The position numbers and the translations under genes were made by a program. This document shows positions 14,901 to 29,900 of a DNA stretch of 64,000 nucleotides, in pieces (the stretch's first letter is position 1; each line of letters begins with the position of its first letter). The DNA lies in assembly GCA_039621445.1 (NCBI GenBank), contig CP154954.1, positions 4,578,714 through 4,642,713 on the forward strand. Direction: 5' to 3'. The notes below the pieces were generated by a model. It saw nothing but the letters and a program-made list of their open reading frames with translations, was not told the DNA's origin and did not search any database. The stretch is from Euglena gracilis. Lineage: Eukaryota.

Positions 14901-17900
14901 CATTGGATATGGGTTGAGCCCCCCTTGTGGGGGTTGTGGGGGGAGGGGGTCGACCTTCCCAGCAGGCTTTTCCCGCACAGCCCCAACAAGAGCCTGATCC
15001 GGTGTGTGGTACATCCCCCCCCCTTGTCCTTGACATGCCAAAGTACGGGGAAAGTGCGGTTGACATGGGGGTGTGTCATGGACACGGCGTGTCATGGGAA
15101 CCGTACCACAAAACATGCAGCAAAAAAACACCCGGCGCGCAGGATGACGATGAAAGGTCTGGGGGCCCTATCACCAAAGCATCACTCCATTGGAGCGCTC
15201 ATATCTCACTAAATCAACCAACTCAAAAAAAGATGAGTTCAAGCCACGGTTCTGTGCAGAAAATGGCAAACAATCAGCTCCAGAGACGTGAAGTGTGTCA
15301 AAAATACTTTACTCTTTTTAGGTACGGGAAAAGTGCGGTTGACACGGGGGGTGTGTCATGGACAAGGCGTGTCAAGGACAAGGGGGGGGAATGTACCCCT
15401 TAACTGCAAGGATGGAACCTTAACTGCATACCATTGGAATGCCTTTGTGGGCTTAAGGCTTCGGAGGAACGCAGGGCCACGAGGATAGGGGGCATGATCA
15501 GCCCGCACCCACCACCACCACCACCACCCCCCGGGAGTTTCCAGCATTCCCGTTCCGCCCTGCTGTGGCGGGGTTGGAATGGCTGGCGGGACACTCCGGA
15601 AGCGAATGCGGGTGAAGTGCGGAGGGGCGAAGAAAATGAACTGAAGCAGAGAGTTTGTGTTTGGGATTGGGGTGTGTTTGGGAAGGGGAGGACCAGGGTG
15701 CGGGTCCCAAACGTGACCCCAAAATAGGCTGCAACTGGGAGGTCTCCTGGTGGGTGTCTGCAAAAAAAGTAGGGGAAACCCACGAAATTGATAGGCAGGA
15801 AAAAAGGTAGGCAGAAGAACAGTGCAGTCCAGAATATTGTGAAATTTCTTATTTTTTGGGTTAAACCTGGAGGTTTCGCAACTCTGTCATAATTTTCGGA
15901 GGGTCAGAAAAGTTGAAATTCGGCCTTTATCACAAAAAAGACGTGCAAGTACACATGCGCACACATAAATATACACACGGAGGGCCAGCCAGCAGTTCAA
16001 AGACGTGGACCCAAAACAAAAAAACGAGTTCCTTTTTGCGGAAACGCACAAAGGAACACACAAATCCTCAACTGCCAGATCCGCTGCCCCAAAAAGAACG
16101 CTCCTATGCGGATGGGAAACGAGCGGAGGCCCGGGCTGAACAGGACGCGGCTCCGCCGGCCGGCCCGGGCCGGCAGCAGCCCCGCCTGCCGGACCTGCGC
16201 CTCGTACGCCTGCCAGCCCCGGAGCACGGCGGCGATGCGGCGGGTCCGCTCCCGCCAGTGCCGGAGCGCGGGCGACGCCCCCGGTTTGGCACGGAGGGGC
16301 GAGATGGGTTTTTTTTTTAGGACCCGGGGAGGCGGATTCGGACCAACGCACCCAACGCCGGGCGGGGGGAGGGGGGGGGGACGGAACCACTTTTGCGGGG
16401 TAAATTTTGAGACCCAAAAAAAAAAAAAAAAAAATTGCGCAAGGCGAATATCCGCGCTTTGCACCGGAAAAAAAAAATAGAAAAACCCCGCCTCTGGCGG
16501 GGTACCTGCTCGGCCGACCTCCCCCCAGGGGGGAGGCAGACCAACCCCCCCCCTGGGTCACCAAAATTAAAACCAAAATTAAAAAACCTCCAGATGGGAG
16601 CCGCACACCTGGGGTTTCGGCCAGGGGAGAAAATGATCAGCAGAGAAGAAATGAAGGAGGGGATGGCAGAAATGGAGGAGGGGAAGCAGTTCAAATCGCC
16701 CCGGGGAAAGACGTGGGTGGAGCAACGCCTCTGGAAGGCACAATGTTAAAGGGGTTGGCTTCATTCCAGACCCGAAACCGAACCCCTCATGGGTGTCTAC
16801 ATGTTTTAATACGTTTAATTAATTGAATTTAACTTAATAATATATTTATTATAAATTATAATGAATAATTATTTCTAATTTAGTAAATATTTAATGATAT
16901 CAATTTAATTTTACCCCATTTAACACGTTGACAGGATGAAATAGGAGAAAGGCGGGGTAGAGAATGGGAAAAATTTGGGGACGGTTTTGTGTGGATCAAA
17001 AAATACTGATAAAAAATGCTGGCAACAAAATGACGGTCCATAATAGGGAGCTTCAAATTGGGGTGGGCTGCATTGAATGCACAGCAAGTCGACACAATGA
17101 GCAATGTTTCGTTATGGAAACAAAAAAAGAAACAAGTGTAAAAGCAGACCAGAACAGGAAAGATACCCAAGACCCATGATGTGTCCACCATCTGGGTCCC
17201 ACCCTCACCTGGGCGAATGCCTTGTGGTGAGTCGATTGGAAAGCCCGTAGATTCAGAATGTCTGTTGATGAATATAATGGTTCCATTCTGCCTGGTGGGA
17301 GGGATGAACTCCTGGGTTTGTGCCCCGTATCAGGTGAAAAAGGGCAGTAACGAGTCTGTAACATGCCTCAATTCAGGAAGGGAGGCATTTTGGGAAATCA
17401 TCATCGAGCGGTAGGGGTCTCAATGCAATAATATCCTGTGGAAGGTTTGGTGAAGCGGAGCTGTCCCGAATCTCATCCCCCAGGTCCGCATTTTTAAGAA
17501 TAAAATTAAAAAAAATAAACACAGCAGGCGGCCGCACAAACATTCACGCGGAATGTCGGAAAGGGGGCCTCGGGCAAATGCCGGCGCAGCACGGCGAGAG
17601 CCCGGCTGTGGTGTCGAGCCCGCAAGACCAGCAAGAACGCTCGGTCCCCGGCGGCCAGCAGCAGGAGCTCCGCGACGACGTCCGCGGCCGCGTCGATCCC
17701 CTTCTCCGGGAGCGCTGCCAGGGAACCGACACACTGGAAGTGTCCGTTGCAACCCAGCGTCGCGTGGCAGTCCACAGGGAAGCAAAGAAGCTTGGCGGTG
17801 TGGGCTCACTGGGACAAAGCTGCTGGTGGGGGGCCAGGTCGTCGATCAGTGACCCCGGGAGAGGGGGGAGGGTCCAGGCTGGAAAAATTGGGCTGGCTAC

Positions 17901-20900
17901 AAAAAGGGTGCCCAACCTGGTGCCCAACCTACACTCTTGTTGTTTTTGGGGCCTGACAACGCACACAAAAAAATTTATTCAAAAAGCAAAAAATTTTCGT
18001 TGTTGTTGTTGTTGTTGTTGTTCATGTATTTGGGTAACAGCCATACCCGGTGGCCTCCCCGCACCACCGGGATGGCGCCGGTCCGTCCGGAGCCCCCCTG
18101 TCCTGTGAGCCCCCCTGTTGTTGTTCATGTATGTACTTATGTAAGTGATGTATGTATGTATGTATGTATGTATGTATGTATGTATGTATGTATGTATGTA
18201 TGTATGTATGTATGTATGTATGTATGTATGTATGTATGTATGTATGTATGTATGTATGTATGTATGTATGTATGTATGTATGTATGTATGTATGTATGTA
18301 TGTATGTATGTATGTATGTATGTATGTATGTATGTATGTATGTATGTATGTATGTATGTATGTATGTATGTATGTATGTATGTATGTATGTATGTATGTA
18401 TGTATGTATGTATGTATGTATGTATGTATGTATGTATGTATGTATGTATGTATGTATGTATGTATGTATGTATGTATGTATGTATGTATGTATGTATGTA
18501 TGTATGTATGTATGTATGTATGTATGTATGTATGTATGTATGTATGTATGTATGTATGTATGTATGTATGTATGTATGTATGTATGTATGTATGTATGTA
18601 TGTATGTATGTATGTCTGTATGTATGTATGTGTACGTATGTATGTATGTATGTATGTATGTATGTATGTATGTATTTATGTATGTATGTATGTATGTATG
18701 TATGTATGTATTTATGTATGTATGTATGTATGTATGTATGTATGTATGTATGTATGTATGTATGTATGTATGTATGTATGTATGTATGTATGTATGTATG
18801 TATGTATGTATGTATGTATGTATGTATGTATGTATGTATGTATGTATGTATGTATGTATGTATGTATGTATGTATGTATGTATGTATGTATGTATGTATG
18901 TATGTATGTATGTATGTATGTATGTATGTATGTATGTATGCTGTATGTATGTATGTATGTATGTATGTATGTATGTATGTATGTATGTATGTATGTATGT
19001 ATGTATGTATGTATGTATGTATGTATGTATGTATGTACAAGTCGGCGCTAGCTTTGCTACGCGCGTGAGCTTCGCCCACCCCCCCCCCCTCCCCCAAAGG
19101 GTGGTGAGCCACATCCTCACAATGCGGTCGCAATTTTCCCATCAATCTCCTTTTCAGGCCGAAGCCAAAAGCCTTTCGAATTATGGATTTGTTTATGGTC
19201 AATTGCGATCATTTTGGCCCTGCGGCACAATAAATCTCGGCCAGTGAGCACCCTCTTGAATCGGGTTGATGGGCCGTTTACCCATTGATTGAAACCCACT
19301 CTCCACTCCCCACCCCCAAGCATGTTTCAAGCATCCCACCGAAAATGTTACCAAATTTGGACAATATCCTTAAAAAATTCCCAACTAAAATACAAACCAT
19401 GATGCACCCCATCCCTCTTAGGTGAGAATATTGGCACGACCGCACATGCCTTGCCTTGGTTCCCATCCTATCCCCAAACACAAAGCAATGTGATGAAATG
19501 CAATGCAGTGATCATGGGTTAGCATCGTTGAACCAGACCGGACAACCGGACCCCCGGGTCTCCACCAGTGGTTGGGGGGTCCCAGGGGCTTCAATTTTGC
19601 CTGGGGGGTGTTTCCTTTAATTCCCCACGGGTTTCGAGATATTTTAGTCCTGCTAGGGGTTTACACGTCCGAGAAGGACGTGTAAACCCCCCTCCCACTT
19701 GTAAACCCCCCGGGGTTTTATGGATCCGGTTTGGTTGGTCGGCCGAAGGGGGGGGGGGGTTTATAGGTGGGGGGGGAGGTTATAGGTCCCGGAATTGTTG
19801 GTGAAAACCTGAACCCCCAAAATGACCCCAAAACCCCCCTAAATTGACAATTTTCGTCAACTTTGGGCAAAAATGGCACTTTTGATGATGTTCGGTCTCA
19901 AAAAAAATTCCAAAAAGTTTCTTTGGTGGTTTGTTGGCCAAAAGAATCGTCCCGGCGGCTTTCGTTTTTCTTCCCCAGGGGGGGGGTTATAAGTCCCGGT
20001 TTGGTTGGTCGGCCTGAAGGGGGGGGGGGATATAAGTAGGGGGGTTATCGCTGAGCTCTTATCTCTTTTGAGTAAGAGCAAAGGCAGGGGGGGGGGGAAT
20101 TGATATCGGAGGCCTTCGGAAAAATTGCGGAAAAATTGCGGAAAAATTGCGGAAATTGCGGAAAAATTGCGGAAAAATTGATATCGGGTATACACATTTC
20201 TGCTTGGGGGGGACTTACAAAATTTTCAATTGTGAGGTTCAGAACACCGCAACACCCACGTCGATGCAGGCGAGCACAAATCAACACGCTTGATGTTCTT
20301 TGCACAGGTGGGACGCACCCAATCCTGTGACCAGTGGTGCACCTGTGAGAAAAATTGGTAAACTGGGGGGGGGGACAACAAAACACAATAGCACACCTGT
20401 TGATCCATTTGAAGAATGGCTTGAACTCATTGCATCTTCCCTTCGGTGGTGGGGAAAAAAATTCTTCAAAAAAATGGTGAAAAATTGTGGAAAAATTGCG
20501 GAAATTGCGGAAAAATTGCGGAAAATTGCGGAAAAATTGCGGATATCAATTCCCCCCCCCCTGGCGAAGGTTACAGCCCCCCCCCTTTTGACTCTGCCAT
20601 TTCGGGCCCAAAAATCAATATTTTCAAAATGTCTCAAAAATGATGCAAAATCAAAGGAAATGACCTAAATTGAAGTCCTTGGAACCAGGGGTTTTTTTAA
20701 GACCGGGGGGGAGGGAGGGGGGGGTCCCCCCCCACCCACCCCCCCCCCTGGGGGGGGCCCCCCCGGGGGGGGGAGGGGGTCCCGAGGGACCCACAAAAAA
20801 TGGCCGAAAAATCGCGAAAAGTGCTAAAAATAGAATTTTTTCGGCGCCTGCGGCGCCGAAAAGTATATCCCACCCCCTCCGGGGGGGACCCCCCCGGGGG

Positions 20901-23900
20901 GGGGAGGGGGTCCGGCGGACCCACCCACCCTACCCCCCCCCCGGGGGGCCAAACTTAAAAAAATCCCTGCTTGGAACGCCCTATCTACCGGTATTCTGGT
21001 TTCCACACAGCTCACCGCCTAGCCCGAGACACGGCCGTTTTTCGGCCATTTTAGGCTATTTTGTACACTTTTTCCACTGTCCTTTTGGGCCAAAAAAAAA
21101 GTCGAAAAAAACGAGGAAAAAATTGAAAAAAAATTTTGCCCTGAAGAATAATTTTAGGCCTCCCGGACCCCCAAAAAAACCGACTTGGGGTCAAAACCGG
21201 GTCAAAAAAAGTCGAAAAATCGAGGAAAAAATTGCCCGAAACAATATTTTTAGGCCTCCCGGACCCGGAAAAGCTGTGAGCCGAAAATGAGCGATTTTTC
21301 GACGCCCCAGTGGCCTGTTTTGGGCCCGAAACCATCGACTTGGGGTCAAAAACGGGTCGAAAAGGTCGAACAAAATTCATTAAAACAGATATGGGGTGTA
21401 TGGGGGGTTAACATTTCATGTAACGGATATGGGGTGTATGGGGGGTTAACATTTCATGACACCGTAAAAGCACTGGAAATCACCGTAAAATTGCAAGAGT
21501 ATAATTTGCAAATTCTGTATTACGCGAAATTTGCAATGCTAGTCCTTTCCATCACATGCATGTCCCATTAAGAGCTCAGCACTATTCAAAACCTGGTTAA
21601 GATTTCATATAACGATATAGCGGGTATGGGTGTATGGGGGGTTAACATCAAATATGATTCAAAAAAAACCTCGCTTTCCACAAGCCAAATTAGGACTAGT
21701 TGCAGTGCAGCCCCCCACCACCTTTAAGCAAAGGCCTGGTTCCAATCCTAATTAAAAAAAAATGGTAAAGAGTTCATCAAGCAAGTCAAAAAAGGAAAAC
21801 AAAAATAATGACTGGAAACGGGGGAATGCCCCAATTTGCTTCTTTGGAGAACCAAAATCAGAACAAGCATTTGTGTGTTTTGAAAAAATCTCTTTCAATG
21901 GAAGGGGGAAACCAAGCAAAAAAGAAACGACGTGGGTCTCTGGTCAAGGAGGTTCGCAAGCGGTGAGCGGCTGCGAAATCAGCAAAAGTCTTGACAACTT
22001 CCACCTCGTGGTGAGCCTTGCGGCCAAAATCACCGAAGAGGGTGAGTTGACGGACGGGTTGAGGGAGCAGAACTCAATTTCAATAATGTGTTCCAGCTCA
22101 GGAGACAGAATGGGTTGGGAGGTCGTTATTTGAGAGACAGAGAGAGAGAGAGCATGTTTTACATTTTAATTTTATCTTTTTTTACTTTTACTTTCAATTT
22201 TATTTTCCGCTTTGAGCGGAATGAGAGAGAGCATATTTTACAACATACGCATAGAGAGATGGATGGGTGTATGGATGGATGGATGGATGGATGGATGGAT
22301 GGATGGATGGATGGATGGATGGATGGATGGATGGATGGATGGATGGATGGATGGATGGATGGATGGATGGATGGATGGATGGATGGATGGATGGATGGAT
22401 GGATGGATGGATGGATGGATGGATGGATGGATGGATGGATGGATGGATGGATGGATGAAAAGTGCATGGCACCATGCTATCAGTGTGTGTTCAGGTACGC
22501 AAAATAAGCTTACTGGGGTCGTGGCGGGAAGAAAGCCTCCAGAGCTTTTTTCCAGAGTGCAGAGACTCATCACATTCATAACTCTGTGCAATGCATATAG
22601 TTTGCACAACAGTAGGCAATACACAAGAAACGTCGCCAAAGAGCATGCATTCGATTGCCCCACAGCCTGGGGCAATTGACCAAAGGAGGGGATTGTTCAT
22701 ACAAAGAAGCCTCAGCCCCTGGTGGGAGGCATAGAGGGCATCCCACGATGGCGAGGACGGGCCATGTGCCAGACGGAACACCATGGCAGGGCACGGTCAG
22801 ACAGAGGCCATCCTTCTGGAGAGAATGGCAGAGATGCACTCTTCAAACAGCATATGCAATTTGGTTCGATTGAGGACAGGCTGCTTTTTAAGACCCCTGG
22901 GGGGAGGGAGAATTTTGTGGCTTTTAAGGCCGTGCAAGGGCATTTCCCAAAAAATTTCCTCTGCTTCCCTCCTAAATCCATACCGGGGACTCTGGCCCAG
23001 ACATGGATAGATGGATAGGTGTAGAGGGATCCGACGCCAGACCCCCAGTCTTCTGAGTTGAAAAAAAAATCAGGATCCTTGTTTGGCATTTCTTGCTTTC
23101 AGAATTTTTCGGTTGTTCTGGAAGACTTTTCTGCCCTCTTTGGAAATAAGATTTTTCCAACCCATCTCTTTCTTTGCATTTGTACCTGCTACTCGCCGAA
23201 GACACCAATCTGGTCACGTTGTTTGTGTTTGAAGGCCGATTTCTCAATAGCAAGACGAAGCCAACCAGAGGCCAACAAGAGCCTCTCCCTGAAACCCAAT
23301 CAAAATGCCACTGAAATGACACAGATCCGGGGGAAACAGATCACAGGCAAACAAACCAGTCTGTTGCGCCTGCCCCTGCGGGACGGTGAAAACCAGGGTG
23401 AAGAAGTTGCATGGCTCGGGATCCCCCCCCCTCTGTCACATTCCTTTCTCGAGGGCCTTAGGATTTGGCATCAGCCTTGGGACTGGGTTTGAAAGGGGAT
23501 AAAGTTTAGTCCTAAATTACTGTCATAGGGATAAAAAAAATTAATATCTGGGAAAATATGACCCTTTCTCTGGTTTGAGTGATCCCATCTCTGAAGCAGT
23601 CACAAGCAAGAGTTTGAAATTGTTGAGCAAATGCACCAGATGAGAAAAGATCCGTCCAATTGACTTGGCACCCTCTGGAACAACATACATCTTTCGGAAA
23701 AGCAGAAGTGGTCCCATTTTGCAAACTCCCCTCACGCCAACATTGACATGACTTGACTTCCGCTGACTGCTGTGACATCGCATTTAAGAAACCTGTGGAT
23801 GACTAAATAAGGAAATTAAAACGCGAAACCAACATAAACAACAATTAGGCGGGGACTCTCACCACCCATTGCATTCTTCTTGGTATTTTTGTCAGCCCAT

Positions 23901-26900
23901 TTGGGGTGGCCATGACGTTGCAATACCACAGGCCTACCCACCGCCAACAGACTGGTATGCCGGGTGCAAGCTGCCCATCTGAATCTAACAGTAAAACACC
24001 ATGTAAGACACATTTCTGAGCATGGACGAGTTATTCCGATCCGTGCAGCACAAGCTGGTCAATAAGAATGAATGGTGGATAAAAGGTCAAGATCTGCGAA
24101 CTCATGCAGAAACGGCACTTGATTTTTTAAAAATAAATATACACGCATACCCTTTGCATGATCTTTGGTCATGTACACATGGCATCTTCACAACTCGCAA
24201 ACAAAGTGAAATTTTTGAGAGCACAGCAGTGCGAACGCAACAAAAGTACCGTTCTGAGCAAAGCAAGTATGGAGTGCAATACTATTTGAGGGGGGGTACG
24301 CATTCCAGGAACTCATTGTGTCAGGGGTGCAATTTGCCCCAAATCCAGGGAGGCAGTGATGCCCAAAGACTTCAGGAGTTCTACGACAAAAGTCCACTGG
24401 CAAACTGTGTCACAAGGGTTCAACTGGCCGTGCGAGTGGTTCCAACCCCGAGGCTTTCCAGAATGGAGTTGGAAAAAAAGGTCAGAGGGTAAGAAGGCGG
24501 TGGTTTCCAGCTCACGGATTTGCCTTGGGGGGCACCTGGGCGACCTTCACCGTCACCCACACCTTGCACACCAAGTCCCCTGCGGCATCCTTCAGCTCGG
24601 CCATGGGTTCAAACTCCGTCACGTCGCATGGCACCTGGTGGGGGGTTCCTGTCAGGGGTTTTTTTAAGACCGGGGGGGGGGAGGGGGGGTCCCCCACACC
24701 CACCCACCCCCCTGGGGGGGGGGGGAGGGGGTCCGGGGGACCCACAAAAAATGGCCGAAAAATCGCGAAAAGTGCTAAAAATAGAATTTTTTTCGGCGCC
24801 CGCGGCGCCGAAAAGTATATCCCACCCCCCTCCGGGGGGGACCCCCCCCCGGGGGGAGGGGGTCCGGCGGACCCACCCACCCTACCCCCCCTCCCCCCCC
24901 CGGGGGTCCAAACTTTAAAAAAAATCCCTGGTTCCTGTCATGCTTGTGCTTCCCGACCGGGGGGGGGGGCCATGGGCACCCGACTAAACACAAGCCTGGT
25001 CCCTGTTGTCGCCTCTGTTGATGCATGCAAAAAAAATACACCTCCGAGGTTCTTGTGGTTTTGTATTCAATTTGTTCCCGGCGGTAGTAGAAACAAATCA
25101 CTGCAGGAAGACAACCTGATTAACCGATGTTACATCGCGCCGTTCAACGCCTGTTCCCTGTGGATTGATTCAATCCACAGACCTGGACCAAATGGTGCAT
25201 GGGGCAGTGGTGCTAGAAAAAAAGGAAAGGGTGCCAGATAACACCACCGCTTTTTCTCCCAAAAGAACTTGCTTGCTTCAAAGGGAGGAGTCATAGCCAG
25301 GGGCTCTGTTTAAGATGAACACCCCCAACGTCGGCCTGAGGGGCAAAAGCGTTGGGGGGCCTCGCAATACCCATTCACTCATCTCCCCAATCCCAAGTTC
25401 CAACTCCCAACTCTCATCCCCCCGAACAGCAAAGGGTGAATTGCAATGCCCCCAATAATAATTGGGGGAAAAATAAAAACAATTCACCCCTTGCTGATCG
25501 CATAGGGGGGAATGGGAACAGTGAACAACACAGTGTTCAGGAACTTGTATGCACACCACTTGGTACAAAACCAGGCAAATATTTGACGGGTTTCAGAAAC
25601 TCTCCTTTCAACCAAACCCCAATCCAATACCAAAACGAATGTTGTGCAGGTGTAAATCTGGAACATGAGAAGCAAAAAGTGGCTGATTTTGTGTTTTTGA
25701 GGATGGTAAAATGGTAACAGTAAGAGAGACATGGTAATCACAAAATCTAAAACCCCAAAAACCCAAAAACCCAAAAAACCACACACCCAATGGGGGAGGG
25801 AGTGAAAACTGCTTTCTGGATAATTTTTCCATTGCACCACTTCTTTTCTCTTGACACCCATTGGAGCCTCGTCAAAAAAAAAAGACCACAGCCAGATAAT
25901 GATAATCATTGTTCCAGAAACCTCAATACTAATCTCAATCTAAATCTCAATACTGTCACAAATAACTGGCACACCTTTAGGTCGCTTATGGTCGCAGTAA
26001 TAATGCCGCGAGCCTTTTTGGGAAACTCTGCCCGGCAAGCCACAGGAATGCCCCGCCGACCATCCCGCGATAAGTACGCACTGACCACCATCACAATGGT
26101 CTGTGATTGAGGCAACGGAGAGTAGCCATTCTGACAGCACGAGAGAAAGCACATGGGAAACAAGAAATTATGAGATAAATTAAGCAGAAAAGGCTACGGA
26201 GGTCGTTGTGCCTGCTCATTTTCTTTGCTCTTGCCATGTAACTCAACGCTTTGAAAAAAAAAATGTGGAAAATCTGGTTAAAAAAAATATGTGCCTTACA
26301 GCGGGGGGGTCGGGATACTTTTGCTTGTGGGAGATGAATAAGTATACCCCCAAGGTGCTGATAAAGCATTAACAGGCCCTGGCGCAATGAAAGTTTTATG
26401 AACATCACACTCGAGCACAAACAAAAAATTGATTTGATTTGGTGACAAAAAAGGCAATAAAGACAAAAAAAGTGTGTACTTGTGCAAAAAAAGACCTTTT
26501 TGGTGTCTGGTGCATACAGAACTCGTGCACAATCCAATTTATGTGACTTCAGTTCGACTAAATGTTTTTCTTTGGAGAGTGGTTGCAAACCGTTCCTGAA
26601 TCAAGGTTGACAGCTTTTTTTGAAACAAAAAAAAATGTTTTTTTTAAAAATATGGTTTTTTAAAAAACAAAAAAACCTTATGGAGGGTTTGGGGGAAATT
26701 TTTTTGAAAAAATTTTTAGGGAAAAAATCATTTTTTTTATCTCTGCAGCTTCATTCTCTCACATGCCTGGAAGGAACGAAGACGGTGTTTTTTTTGGGAG
26801 GGTGTTCAACAAATTCAAACCCCATGGGAAGTCTTACCATTGGGGGCGGTGCCAAGGATGCCGAAAGCACAAAAAAATTGACTGAAGAACTTTCCCTCAA

Positions 26901-29900
26901 AAAAAAATGGCCATTTGCAAGGAAAAAGGTCAATTTGTGCTTTTTTCAAAAAAACATGTTGTTTTTGCTGTTTTTTTTGAAATAAAAAAAAACGTCAACC
27001 CTGTCCTGAATTAGCAGTCACACCATTTCACCTAAATTCACCAATGCAGCCAGGTGAATAGAGTTGAAAGGATTGCAGATGGACCGACGTTGCCTGATGC
27101 TCGTTGAGCAGGCTCTGAAATCAACTCTTCATCCCCCACACATATTTCGAATAAAAATGAATTATTGGACAAAAAATGAGCATTTGTTCCCCAGTGGTTT
27201 TGGTGCTGCTTCAAAGAAATGTTGGGAAAAAAATCTTGAAAAAGCAAATGTAGAAATGCCCATCAAAGAGGGGAAAATGACTTGCTTTCCGAACTTCAAA
27301 CCCACGTTGGCCAGAAAAAGGTCGACCATATGAAATGGGGCATTCAAAGCTTCAATTTGCAAACCACTCAGTCACCCATGCCTGGAGGAAAATCTGCTGG
27401 TTCTCTTCAAAAATTTCACAGCCTGGCAACTTCAGCTTTGGTGTAGTCCAGCTGGTGAATCGTTGGAGAAATAGTCCCTGCAAGAAAACGTGTGAAATAG
27501 GATAACGGCATAATCCCAACGATGGTGCCAACCGTCTGGTCAGCTGTACGGTTGCGAGAGAATTTGAAAAATTGCACTGGATCATGAGAATTTAAGATGA
27601 AGTTTACCCTCAGCTTCCTTGAATTTGGCATTCAAACCCATACAAATCTGCTGATTGCTCAACCTGTGCACGACAAAAACGAAAATTGAACAAAATCTCT
27701 TGATACGCGGCATCAAAACTTTGGTTTGAAACACCGACTTAAAGGTATCTCCCTTCTTTTGTGAGTGATGAGGCTGTCCTTGTCTCCCCAATGCTGCGAT
27801 TGTGGAGAGGAGTTGTGGTTTGTGTTCGCCCTCCCCACCCTCTGGAGAACTCTTCCCTCTCTGGAGAACTACCAAAAAAAATTTGTGAAACTTCTGTGTG
27901 GTTGCGAAGAGAGTAGCTGACCCACCCAGGCGGCGGAGGGAAGGTAGTCGCAAAAGATATAAAAAAAAACCCTTTTTGCACAATTTTTCAGACCAAAACC
28001 AATTTTCCATTAATTGTCTTGCCTTTCAAACTTTCAACACCGTTTCCGGACAATCGGTTCAATACGGCTCAACCCATATGCGGAGCCAGTGCAATGGAGG
28101 TTCAGGACGTCTGATAAGAACCCACGGCATCGCGGCGGGGGGGGGGGGGTCCAACCTCCATGAGTTGATACAAGGGCAGGTGTCGGGGTCAGGATCCCCT
28201 CTGGCAAGTGGGGATGCCTAAACAGTGGCGTTGCCAAAGTGAAACCATTTTCGGGCCAGCGCTTCACTTCGGACCAGGAAGAAAAAATTTACTCCAAAAA
28301 TTGACCTTTCCGACACTTTTGGGCAAAAAAATTGTAAAAATCACCGAAAAATTCAGGCGTGGAACGCCAGAGGGAAATATTTAGCCTTTTGGGGGGGTCC
28401 CATGTGCCCCCCCCATGATGAGGTCCAGACCCCCATGGAAGCCGTGGGTGGTCCTCCCACCCCATGAAACCCTCCATATATCAAACCTGGGTCATACATC
28501 TCTTTAAGGACCCCGGGGGGGAGGTTGCTGGGCTAGGGCTAGAAATTTGGGCTGGCTAGAAATTTGGGCTGGCTAGCCCCCCCGGGGGGGGGGGGGGGGG
28601 CTGGACCCCGGCTGGACCCGAACCGGGGCGAGCTGGACTGAAATCGGAAAAATGCCCAAAAATGACATGCAGAACACAGTTTTGAAAAAATGATGCATCT
28701 GAAACCCCCCAAAAAATGCCCCAAACGCCCCCCAAACCCCATTTTTGGCCACTTTTGAACACAGTTTTTCAAAAAATTTCGGCGCTTTGCGCCGAAAAAA
28801 TTTTGGGCTGGACCCCCAAAAAAGGGGCTGGCTGGCTGGGCTAGCAGCACCCCCCCCCCGGGGGGTGCGGCTGCGGCTGGGCTGGGCCCAAATCGGGGCT
28901 GGCTGCAGCCGCCCCCCCCCCGGGGGGGGGAGGGGGGTTCGCAAAACCTGAGAGAGATGTATGACCTGGGTAGGGTCCCATGATGGAGAGAAAAAATACA
29001 AGTGAAAATCAGATTGGCTTGGTTCAGCATGTTGCGCCGAGGCAACCCGGGGGGGGGGGAGGGTCCGGAGTGCCTGTGAGTGCCTGCCCAGGCAGGCACT
29101 ACCTCCCCCCCCGGGGGGTCAGATTTCGGCCTGTGCCCAGTTCGTTTGAAAATAGGCCATTTTTGGCTCCCCGGTGCCTTCGGCGCCGGGTCTGTGCTAG
29201 GGCACTTTTGCCCGTGTGCCCTACCCCCCCCAGGGGGAGGGTCACATCGGGAGTGCCCCAGAGTACCTGCCCAGACAGGCACCCCCCCCCCCGGGGTGGG
29301 GTCGGCACCTGACTAAAATACGGCCTGTTGTGCCAAAGGTGGGGTCTGAAGGGGACATTTTGGGGGATCTGTCAATCCTCCAAAATGTCGGGAAATGGGT
29401 TTGCTAAAAAAGGAAATGAAAGTGCTGTTTTATGAGTTAAAAGCCATCTTCTCTCCAAACAGGGATGTGTTTTGACAGCATCATGGATTCATGGTTGCAG
29501 TTTTCATTAACTTGAAAGGAAAAAATTGATGAGAAAATGGGGGGTGAAAGCCGTCCAACCATTGGTCAAATAAACTAGCTTATGACTTTCAACTGATTCA
29601 AAAACAACGCTGGGGCAAAACCTGTGTACGGTGACTGATAGGAAACCAGAAGAGATGTTAAATATTGTTGCAGAAATTGCGGAAGTAAACATTTTTGAAT
29701 TCCCTGAGCAGACGTGCCTGGGAGATCCAAAGCGGCAAATAAGTGAACGGAGACCATGGGAACCTTGACGAAGGGCCCCCACCCCCCGCCCCACGCGCCG
29801 GGTGGTGCAGCCTCCCCCTGCCGAGGGTAAAAAAAAAAGATTTTCAAAACCTCTTCAAATTGATCCGGAATCTATCAGTGCGATTTCCTGACATTTATCA

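Noticed and set aside
17937-19247. Long YVCM/HTYI ORFs, and similar ones at 3, 10 and 22 kb
   Set aside because: Translations of microsatellites.
24022-24492. 156-aa plus-strand ORF
   Set aside because: No recognisable motif and lies inside the minus-strand gene; cannot be supported.
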